In this document: positions 1-7,742 of the stretch, piece after piece
Numbering within the stretch: position 1 is the stretch's first letter
How the letters are laid out: each line of letters starts with the position of its first letter
Assembly: GCA_015256945.1 (NCBI GenBank)
Contig: JABZLB010000007.1
Location: forward strand, 19,732-83,731
Source: Prevotellaceae bacterium
GTDB taxonomy: Bacteria; Bacteroidota; Bacteroidia; Bacteroidales; Bacteroidaceae
Direction: 5' to 3'
Length of the DNA stretch: 64,000 nt
Made by a program: the position numbers and the translations under genes
Notes under the pieces: generated by a model
Seen by the model: the letters and a program-made list of their open reading frames with translations, nothing else
The model's database searches: none
Told to the model about the DNA's origin: nothing

Positions 1-1375
1 GATTATTCTGTTCACGTTTCGCGTCATATATTTCGAAAGCACCGCGTTCTTTCGCCATCGTTACTGAAGAACGGTAGGCATTCAGCGCCAGAGTTTTCTG
101 CACTTCCACGGCAAAATCGGTAGCTTCCTGCGTGCCATATCGCAAACCTAACGCTGCCAGCATATCGCCTTCAGCCGTTATTCCCACGCCCGTACGGCGG
201 CCCATGCCACTCTTTCGCTTAATTTTCTCCCACAAATGATATTCTGTATGCTTAACGTCATCGTCCTGAGGATCGTTCCCTACCTTTTGCATGATGCGGT
301 CAATCTTCTCCATTTCCAGGTCAACGATGTCGTCCATGATGCGCTGTGCCACCTGAACGTGCTCACGAAACTTATCAAAATTGAATCGTGCTTCGGGTGT
401 AAACGGATTCTCAACATAGCTGTAAAGGTTGACAGATAGCAAGCGACAGCTGTCATATGGGCACAGAGGAATCTCCCCACAAGGGTTGGTACTAACCGTC
501 TTAAAACCTAAATCGGCATAACAATCAGGAATACTCTCACGCAAAATAGTGTCCCAAAACAGAACGCCAGGCTCGGCACTCTTCCAAGCATTGTGCACAA
601 TTTTCTCCCAAAGCTCACGTGCCGATATTTCCTTTTCAACGGTTGGCTTGTCACTGTCAACAGGGAACTGCTGCATATAAGGCTTGTCCTCAACGGCAGC
701 CTGCATGAAAGCATCGTCTATTTTCACGCTGACATTCGCGCCTGTTACCTTTCCTTCGGTCATCTTTGCATCGATAAATGCTTCCGAATCAGGGTGTTTT
801 ATACTTACAGAAAGCATTAAAGCACCGCGCCTTCCGTCCTGAGCCACCTCACGTGTAGAATTACTAAAGCGTTCCATAAAAGGCACAAGTCCCGTAGATG
901 TAAGTGCCGAGTTGTTCACAGGACTGCCTTTTGGCCTGATCTGACTGAGGTCATGCCCTACACCTCCGCGCCTTTTCATGAGCTGAACCTGCTCTTCATC
1001 TATCTTCATAATGGCGCCATAGCTGTCCGCGTCGCCGTCAAGGCCAATCACAAAACAGTTGCTTAGCGATGCCACCTGATAGTTATTGCCGATACCTGTC
1101 ATCGGGCTGCCTGCAGGAATAATATATTTAAAATGGTCAAGAAGGTCAAAAATCTGCTGCGCACTCATCGGGTTCTTGTACTTTTTCTCTATGCGAGCCA
1201 CCTCGTTCGCGATGCGCCAGTGCATATCTTCAGGCGATTTCTCATAGATATTGCCGAAGCTATCCTTCATCGCATACTTGTTAACCCATACCCGTGCCGC
1301 CAGTTCGTCACCTCCAAAATATTTCAGAGAGGCCTCAAAAGCCTCATCATACGTATAGTTTCGTTGCTTACCCAT
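1..1375 (-). CDS. Adenosylcobalamin-dependent (class II) ribonucleotide reductase, N-terminal ~458 codons. Partial: the 3' end runs off the window edge.
   Basis: Reverse-strand translation from the ATG at ~1375 reads MGKQRNYTYDEAFEASLKYFGGDELAARVWVNKYAMKDSFGNIYEKSPEDMHWRIANEVARIEKKY... The frame is open to position 1. It is absent from the ORF track because no stop codon lies inside the window. The N-terminus resembles Bacteroides NrdJ-type RNRs as I remember them. Confidence 0.55.
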   Translation of the reverse strand, partial: MGKQRNYTYDEAFEASLKYFGGDELAARVWVNKYAMKDSFGNIYEKSPEDMHWRIANEVARIEKKYKNPMSAQQIFDLLDHFKYIIPAGSPMTGIGNNYQVASLSNCFVIGLDGDADSYGAIMKIDEEQVQLMKRRGGVGHDLSQIRPKGSPVNNSALTSTGLVPFMERFSNSTREVAQDGRRGALMLSVSIKHPDSEAFIDAKMTEGKVTGANVSVKIDDAFMQAAVEDKPYMQQFPVDSDKPTVEKEISARELWEKIVHNAWKSAEPGVLFWDTILRESIPDCYADLGFKTVSTNPCGEIPLCPYDSCRLLSVNLYSYVENPFTPEARFNFDKFREHVQVAQRIMDDIVDLEMEKIDRIMQKVGNDPQDDDVKHTEYHLWEKIKRKSGMGRRTGVGITAEGDMLAALGLRYGTQEATDFAVEVQKTLALNAYRSSVTMAKERGAFEIYDAKREQNN

Positions 1376-1524
1376 CGAAAGATTTAATATAAAAAAAAGA
1401 AAAATTGTTGTTGCAAAGCTACGAAAGTTTTTCTGAAAGCTGACAACTTTTTGTATATATTTCAATTAAAACTTTTCCATTTTGGATAATTTTTCTAACT
1501 TTGCACATATATAAATATATAGAA

Positions 1525-2280
1525 ATGGAAAGCCTGAAACATCGTAAAAGCATCAGGAAATATTCGTCAAAGGAGGTTCCCTCCAATCTTATTACAGCTC
1601 TTTTAGAGGAAGCAGAGCGCACCCCTACAATGGGAAACCTGCAACTTTACAGTGTTATTGTTACACGCGACAAGGCTATGAAGGCACGCCTTGCGCCGGC
1701 ACACTTCAACCAGCCCATGGTAACGGATGCGCCCGTAGTGCTTACTTTCTGTGCCGATTTTCGCAGAACGTCCCGCTGGGCTGCCGAAAGGCAGGCACAA
1801 CCAGGCTATAATAACTTCCTGAGTTTTATGAATGCAGCCACTGATGCCATGCTTTATTGCCAGACTTTCTGCAATATTGCCGAAGAGGCCGGTCTGGGAA
1901 CGTGCTTTCTTGGCACCACCATCTATTCGCCACAAGCTATTATTGATACGCTGAAACTGCCCCAACTGGTATTTCCCGTGGCCACCATCACCGCAGGATG
2001 GCCCGGCGAATCTCCTGCCTTAAGCGACCGGTTGCCCGTTGAAAGCATCATTCACAACGAAACTTACCGCGATTATACCCCCGAGCTTATTGACAAATTT
2101 TACTGTCTGAAGGAGGCATTGCCCGAGAATCAACACTTTGTTGCTGTCAATCATAAGCAAACATTGGCACAGGTTTTCACAGATATACGATATACACGCA
2201 AGGATAACGAAGCCATGTCGGCTGGCCTTATTGACGCTCTGCGCGGTCAGGGCTTCCTGTCTTTAAACAACGAAGAATAA
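1525..2280 (+). CDS. Nitroreductase family NAD(P)H oxidoreductase
   Basis: The 259-aa ORF uses a TTG start at 1501; the internal ATG at 1525 (MESLKHRK...) is the likely true start. Nitroreductase-fold motifs are present (RKS..K, FCADF, GW). Confidence 0.65.
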   Translation: MESLKHRKSIRKYSSKEVPSNLITALLEEAERTPTMGNLQLYSVIVTRDKAMKARLAPAHFNQPMVTDAPVVLTFCADFRRTSRWAAERQAQPGYNNFLSFMNAATDAMLYCQTFCNIAEEAGLGTCFLGTTIYSPQAIIDTLKLPQLVFPVATITAGWPGESPALSDRLPVESIIHNETYRDYTPELIDKFYCLKEALPENQHFVAVNHKQTLAQVFTDIRYTRKDNEAMSAGLIDALRGQGFLSLNNEE

Positions 2281-2317
2281 CCCTTTCCTTGCTTTTTGTT
2301 CTCAAGATACAATAATA

Positions 2318-3460
2318 ATGAATACTGAAATAAAGCCCGTCACCACGGCAAACGACCTAAAAGTTTTTATCCAGCTGTTCTATAATCTATACCGTAACAG
2401 TCCATACGCTACACCTTATTTATATATGGACGAAGTAAAAACGCTGTCGAAGGATAAGAATCCCGCTTTCGACTTCTGCGAAGCAGCCTATTTTCTGGCT
2501 TACCAGCAGGGCAAACCCGTTGGCCGTATTGCAGCAATCATCAACCGTCGTGCCAACGAATACTGGAAAAGAAATACCGTACGCTTCGGCTGGTTCGACT
2601 TTATTGACGATTCCGATGTATCGCAGTCGTTGCTGAAAGCCGTTGAAGAATGGGGTAAAAATAAGGGTATGACCGAAATGGCCGGGCCGCTCGGCTTTGA
2701 AGATATGGACCGTGAGGGTATGCTTGTAAGCGGTTTCGACACGCTTTCAACAATGTATGTCAACTATAATTACCCCTATTATCCTCAGCATATTGAGGCT
2801 ATGGGAGGTTTTAAAAAGGACAATGATTACGTTGAATACGAAATCAAGATTCCGGAGAAAGCTCCTGAGCGTATGCTTACCACAGCCGAAATGATTGGGA
2901 AGCGTTACCATCTCGAGGTAAGAAAGTTCTCAAGAGAGGAACTTACAAAAGGCGGGCGGGGACACGAATTGTTCAATATCCTGAATATTACATATAAAGA
3001 TTTATACGGATTTTCACAACTTTCATCCAGCCAAATCGATAAGCTGGTTAACGATTACATACGTCTGGCCGACCTCAATTTGGTAACATGTATTGTAGAT
3101 ACCAGCCAAAACAACAAGATGGTAGGCTTTGGAGTATCGTTCCCTTCGTTTTCAAAGGCATTGAAAAAGACCCGTGACGGTCGTCTTCTACCCTTTGGCT
3201 GGTGGCCTTTACTAAAGGTTTTGAAATGGCATAATACCGATGTTGTTGACCTTTTATTAATTGGCGTGTTGCCCGAATATCGCCCAAAGGGAGCCAATAT
3301 ACTTATTATTACCGACCTCATCAGCTGGTACAGGCGTTACCATTTCAAGGTTGCCGTTACAGGTCCACAAATGGAAACCAACAAAAAAGTGCTTAGCCAG
3401 TGGCAGTATTTCGATGCAGGTGAGATACGCCGCCACCGTATTTATTGCAAGGATATTTAA
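2318..3460 (+). CDS. GNAT/FemAB-like N-acyltransferase family protein
   Basis: 380 aa with a GNAT-like acyl-CoA N-acyltransferase fold signature. It sits conserved next to murF-alr in Bacteroidales. The function is not specific from sequence alone. Confidence 0.4.
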   Translation: MNTEIKPVTTANDLKVFIQLFYNLYRNSPYATPYLYMDEVKTLSKDKNPAFDFCEAAYFLAYQQGKPVGRIAAIINRRANEYWKRNTVRFGWFDFIDDSDVSQSLLKAVEEWGKNKGMTEMAGPLGFEDMDREGMLVSGFDTLSTMYVNYNYPYYPQHIEAMGGFKKDNDYVEYEIKIPEKAPERMLTTAEMIGKRYHLEVRKFSREELTKGGRGHELFNILNITYKDLYGFSQLSSSQIDKLVNDYIRLADLNLVTCIVDTSQNNKMVGFGVSFPSFSKALKKTRDGRLLPFGWWPLLKVLKWHNTDVVDLLLIGVLPEYRPKGANILIITDLISWYRRYHFKVAVTGPQMETNKKVLSQWQYFDAGEIRRHRIYCKDI

Positions 3461-3607
3461 CCATACAACCCTGAAACCTGAACATTAGCACTGGCTCTGT
3501 GCCACATACCACCTGCCTCTGTTGTGGCAGAACGACAGTTTTTGAATGTTCTGGTTTCAGGGTTATTTTATACAGGTGCCGATTGATGCACCTTTTCTTC
3601 CCGAAAT

Positions 3608-6085
3608 TTAATCCTGAAAGTATACCCGTTTCACGCGATTGCTGATACAGGTAAGCACTTCATACGGTATGGTATCGAGAATATCGCTCAGCACCGTCAC
3701 CGGCAAGTGTTCGCCAAATATCTCTACTGTATCGCCCTCCTTGCAGTCGACACCCGTAACATCAATCATAGCGACGTCCATACATATATTGCCAACATAC
3801 TCGGCTCTTTTGCCATTTACCAGGCAATAGCCCCTGCGGTTGCCCAAATGACGGTTTAATCCATCAGCATAACCAATAGGAATGGCGGCTATTATGCTGT
3901 CATGGTCAATAGTTCCCTTGCGGCTATACCCCACCGTGTCGCCGGCAGGCACACGGCGTAATTGCAATATGGTAGTCTTTAATGTGGATACAGTATGAAT
4001 AATTTCGTTGTTACGACTGTCTATTCCATACAGTCCGAGCCCCAGACGACACATATCAAGCTGCCTGTTCGGGAAGTGTTCGATGCCGGCAGAATTGTCT
4101 ATATGTCGCAGAATTTTATGCTTAAAGGCAGCCTGTAATTGTTTGCTTGCTTTGTCAAACAATTCAAACTGATGTGCCGAAAAATCGTCAAAGCTGTCGC
4201 TGTCCGACCCAACGAAGTGCGAAAATACCGAGCGAGGGATAACGGCACTCTGGTGTTTCAATCGGCTTATCAGCGCATCCATGTCGTGCAACGGGTCAAA
4301 ACCCAGACGGTGCATACCCGTATCTATTTTAATATGTACCGGATAGTCGGTTATACCCTCCTTTTCAGCTGCCTTAATAAGGGCATCAAGCAATCGGAAC
4401 GAGTACACCTCTGGCTCCAGATCATAGTCGAACATGGTTTTGAAGGCGGTCATTTCGGGATTCATAATCATAATATTCGCCGTTATTCCATTGCGGCGAA
4501 GCGTTGCCCCTTCGTCAGCAACAGCCACAGCTAAATAGTCTACTCTATGATCCTGAAGCGTCTTAGCTATCTCCACGCTGCCCGCACCGTATGCGTCTGC
4601 CTTTATCATACACACGAGCTTTGTTTCGGGTTTCATGAACGATCTGTAGTAATTGAGGTTCTCAACCAAGGCTCCAAGGTTCACCTCAAGTACGGTTTCG
4701 TGCACCTTTTGCACCATAAGGTCGGTTATACGGTCAAAGCCAAACGCCCGCGCTCCTTTGATAAGTATTACCTCGTCGCGCATACTGCGGAACACTTCGC
4801 TACGCAGAAACGCGTCAACAGAGCTGAAGAAGAACTTCTCTGCCACGGGTATGGCTCTGCTATGCTGCGACAGTTCAGGGCCTATGCCGATGAATTTCTG
4901 TACTCCGCGTTTCTTAACCAGGCTGCCTACCTCACAATAAAGGTCGGCGGCCGTTTCGCCACTCTGGAAGATGTCGCTCAGAATGAGCGTCCGTCGCCGC
5001 CCCTGATGGTCGGGCCTGCGGTTCATAAAGTCGAGTGCTATGTCAAGCGAGTTAACGTCAGAATTATATGAATCGTTAATCAGCGTGCAGCCATGGCGTC
5101 CCTGTTTCACCTCCATTCGCATGGCAACAGGCTCAAGACGTGCCATACCGCCGGCCAGTTCTCCGGCCGACAAGCCCAATTTCAAGGCTACCACAGCACA
5201 GGTTATCGAGTTGGCTACCGAAGCATCGTCAATAAACGGTATGGTATATTTTTCTTCGTACCCTTGTCTATACACGTATGTTACGGTGGTAGATGTGTCA
5301 CCTTTTGTCACATCAGCAATAAACACAGGTGCTTTTTTATCGGTCATCGAATAGTAAAGCGGCTCGCCTTTGTATGCACTTTCTGCCACCGTACGGCGTA
5401 TCAGCTCGTCATCGGCATTGTAAACGATGGTTTCAGCATCATGGAAAAGCACGGTCTTTTCGCGACATTTTTCTTCCTTCGACGCAAAGTTTTCCTGATG
5501 GGCAGCACCTATATTCGTAAGCACAGCGATGGTAGGCTGTATGATGTCGCGCAGAGCCTGCATTTCTCCAGGCTGACTTATACCCGCCTCAAAAATGCCA
5601 ACCTCGGTTTGTTCGTTCATCAACCATACTGAAAGAGGCACACCTGTCTGCGAATTATAGCTGCGCGGGCTTCGCGTTACATACTTATAGGGCGAGAGAA
5701 GCTGATACAACCATTCCTTCACAACGGTTTTACCGTTCGAGCCTGTAATGCCAACAACAGGCACATTAAACTCATCACGGTGACGTTCGGCGAGGCGTTG
5801 CAGGGCCTTTCGCGCATCTGTTACCTTTAGAAAATTGGCTTCAGGATAGCCGTCGGCATACCCTTCGGGCATCCCGGTCACCACAAAGTTGCGTACACCC
5901 CTGCGATAAAGCTCGGGAATATAGGCATGGCCGTCGTGACGTTCTGTTTTAAGGGCAAAGAACAATGTCTCTTCAGGGAAACAGAGCGAGCGGCTGTCGG
6001 TAAGCAGAAAGCCGATATTGGCATCGGCATTTCCATAACGGCGCGCACCGATAAGCGTGGTTATCTTTTCAATAGTGTAAGTCAT
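3608..6085 (-). CDS. murF-alr: Bifunctional UDP-MurNAc-tripeptide--D-Ala-D-Ala ligase (MurF) / alanine racemase (Alr) fusion
   Basis: 825 aa. The N-terminal Mur ligase region has GITGSNGKT. The C-terminal alanine racemase region has the PLP-lysine motif IKADAYGAG. Confidence 0.85.
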   Translation of the reverse strand: MTYTIEKITTLIGARRYGNADANIGFLLTDSRSLCFPEETLFFALKTERHDGHAYIPELYRRGVRNFVVTGMPEGYADGYPEANFLKVTDARKALQRLAERHRDEFNVPVVGITGSNGKTVVKEWLYQLLSPYKYVTRSPRSYNSQTGVPLSVWLMNEQTEVGIFEAGISQPGEMQALRDIIQPTIAVLTNIGAAHQENFASKEEKCREKTVLFHDAETIVYNADDELIRRTVAESAYKGEPLYYSMTDKKAPVFIADVTKGDTSTTVTYVYRQGYEEKYTIPFIDDASVANSITCAVVALKLGLSAGELAGGMARLEPVAMRMEVKQGRHGCTLINDSYNSDVNSLDIALDFMNRRPDHQGRRRTLILSDIFQSGETAADLYCEVGSLVKKRGVQKFIGIGPELSQHSRAIPVAEKFFFSSVDAFLRSEVFRSMRDEVILIKGARAFGFDRITDLMVQKVHETVLEVNLGALVENLNYYRSFMKPETKLVCMIKADAYGAGSVEIAKTLQDHRVDYLAVAVADEGATLRRNGITANIMIMNPEMTAFKTMFDYDLEPEVYSFRLLDALIKAAEKEGITDYPVHIKIDTGMHRLGFDPLHDMDALISRLKHQSAVIPRSVFSHFVGSDSDSFDDFSAHQFELFDKASKQLQAAFKHKILRHIDNSAGIEHFPNRQLDMCRLGLGLYGIDSRNNEIIHTVSTLKTTILQLRRVPAGDTVGYSRKGTIDHDSIIAAIPIGYADGLNRHLGNRRGYCLVNGKRAEYVGNICMDVAMIDVTGVDCKEGDTVEIFGEHLPVTVLSDILDTIPYEVLTCISNRVKRVYFQD

Positions 6086-6282
6086 TTTGTATACTTCATT
6101 ACAACTGCAAAGATACTAAAAACAACGAAACCTGACAACGCGAACAAAAATAATTAAACATCATCGCGTCTGTATTCGCCAATCATAACTGCCATATCTG
6201 CATCATTACCACGCCGTTGTGCCATGCTTACGCCGATAACGTACATGCTTTTAAAGGTTCTTCTGCCCACATTACGCTTGCC

Positions 6283-6378
6283 GGGTTATCGTTCGGCGGC
6301 CGTCAGCAGCGCGTTCGGCGACCGTCACACCATACGTACGGCGGCCGTCAGCAGCGTTGCTGGCGGTCGCCGTACCAT
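6283..6378. repeat. GC-rich palindromic intergenic repeat (REP-like), copy A
   Basis: It contains two direct copies of CGGCGGCCGTCAGCAGCG. It shares GGCGGCCGTCAGCAACGCTGC / CGTACGGCGGCC modules with the copies at ~21463, ~30036 and ~41101. The small ORFs 6217-6408 and 6224-6682 are repeat artefacts (GGRQQR peptide). Confidence 0.7.
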
Positions 6379-6443
6379 GAGCTTTCAGGCAAAAAGCATG
6401 CACCATAAGGGTGCTTTCGATGTGCAAAAAGGCTGTAATGCTT

Positions 6444-6932
6444 TTACCTTATGGGGTAATGGAGGTTCTCAGGATGTATGTTCTCCAACACCTCGTCAAG
6501 AAACTTGCGTGCCTCCCAGCGTGCCATGGGCAGGTCGTGCAGCAGGTAATTGCCACAGTCGCGGGGGGCAGCACCGGGAATTTCGCCCTCAAAACCAGCT
6601 ACAAACCGAAATGTGCGCCTCATCAGGTCAACAATATCTTCAGGCTCTAAGTCGCCGCGGAGCAACAGATAGTTGCCTGTAAGGCATCCCATGGGGCCCC
6701 AGTAGATAACCCTGTCTTTCCATTCGGCGTCGTTACGCAGAAAGGTTGCCGCCAGGTGTTCGATGGTATGCAGCGCACCTATGTGAACAACGGGCTCGCG
6801 ATTGGGTTCTTTCATACGCACGTCGAAAGTGGTAACCGTGTCGTTACCCACCGTATCCTTGCGCGAAACATATATGCCACGGAGCAACTTTTCGTGGTCG
6901 ATGGTAAATGATGGTATTTTATTCATGAGCAA
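6444..6932 (-). CDS. luxS: S-ribosylhomocysteine lyase (AI-2 synthase)
   Basis: 162 aa with the metal-binding HTIEH motif and the length typical of LuxS. It overlaps the end of the upstream pfs gene. Confidence 0.85.
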   Translation of the reverse strand: MLMNKIPSFTIDHEKLLRGIYVSRKDTVGNDTVTTFDVRMKEPNREPVVHIGALHTIEHLAATFLRNDAEWKDRVIYWGPMGCLTGNYLLLRGDLEPEDIVDLMRRTFRFVAGFEGEIPGAAPRDCGNYLLHDLPMARWEARKFLDEVLENIHPENLHYPIR

Positions 6933-7623
6933 TTATTGCTTTTAAAAAGTTGCGTGTAATCTCAAAACTGCCCCCGGCCATGCGGTTCCAGAAGTCGAAA
7001 TACTGTGCGCCGTGGTTGTCTTTCAACGGTACATCACTGATAATGCGGAACGAAATAAAAGGCGTTTTGTATATCAAGCAGGTCTGTGCAATAGCGCAAC
7101 TCTCCATATCGACGGCCACGGCATCGGGGAAATGCTCAAGAATGGCAGCCATTTTCTCGCGCGAATCAACAAACCACTCGCCGCTGACGGTCAGTCCCGA
7201 CATAATTTTCGTACCTTCGGGAGCCTGTAAGCCCATGGCCTTTTCAACCAGTGTAGCCGGAGCCTTAAAGCGTGGAGGCATGCCTATTATCTGCCCGTAG
7301 GATACCTCCTGGCCGCAATAGGCATCGTGATAAGCACATGATGACGCCACAACAACGTCGAGAGGGTTCAGCGAAATGGCCGCACCGCCTGCCACTCCAG
7401 TGGATATAAGCAAATCGGGATGGTAACAATCAATCATCTCTACCGCCCCAATGGCCGAGTTTACCTTGCCTATTCCACACTGCTGAAGGATGATGGTGGC
7501 ACCATCCAGTGTGCCAATAACAAAATCTTTGTGGTTGTGCCGCTCTGTATAAGTTTCGTCAAGCAGCGTACGAAGTTGCGTAAACTCCTTGTCCATCGCA
7601 ACTATTAATCCTATTTTCTTCAC
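6919..7623 (-). CDS. mtnN: 5'-methylthioadenosine/S-adenosylhomocysteine nucleosidase
   Basis: 234 aa. It begins MKKIGLIVAMDKE and contains the MtnN/Pfs motifs VAVDMESCAIAQ. It forms a pfs-luxS operon. Confidence 0.85.
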   Translation of the reverse strand: MKKIGLIVAMDKEFTQLRTLLDETYTERHNHKDFVIGTLDGATIILQQCGIGKVNSAIGAVEMIDCYHPDLLISTGVAGGAAISLNPLDVVVASSCAYHDAYCGQEVSYGQIIGMPPRFKAPATLVEKAMGLQAPEGTKIMSGLTVSGEWFVDSREKMAAILEHFPDAVAVDMESCAIAQTCLIYKTPFISFRIISDVPLKDNHGAQYFDFWNRMAGGSFEITRNFLKAIIAHE

Positions 7624-7742
7624 GTTATGTATCGCTCTTAAGGGCGTTAAGGCCTCATATTATGCAAAGTTACTAAAAATGATATATATATGGTGTTTTA
7701 ACGATTACGTTTTAATGTTTCAGCAAAAAAATATTTAACTTT

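Noticed and set aside
1376-1524. Cobalamin riboswitch upstream of the class II RNR gene
   Set aside because: Only about 125 bp separate the divergent starts and the region is extremely AT-rich. No conserved B12-box-like GC-rich core is visible.
4139-5632. Antisense ORFs (4139-4534, 4547-5071, 5093-5632) inside murF-alr. Similar shadow ORFs sit inside the RND pump (26633-27388), yfhO (8178-8747), the relaxase (53360-53899), typA (13433-14560) and the large T9SS gene (46181-48465).
   Set aside because: These are typical shadow ORFs opposite long, well-supported genes. They show no motifs and low complexity.
6217-6682. Small ORFs 6217-6408 and 6224-6682, and similarly 29987-30244, 30015-30218 and 30029-30271
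   Set aside because: They lie entirely within the GC-rich REP-like repeats. The peptides (…GGRQQRCRRP…) are just translations of the repeat module and recur wherever the repeat occurs.
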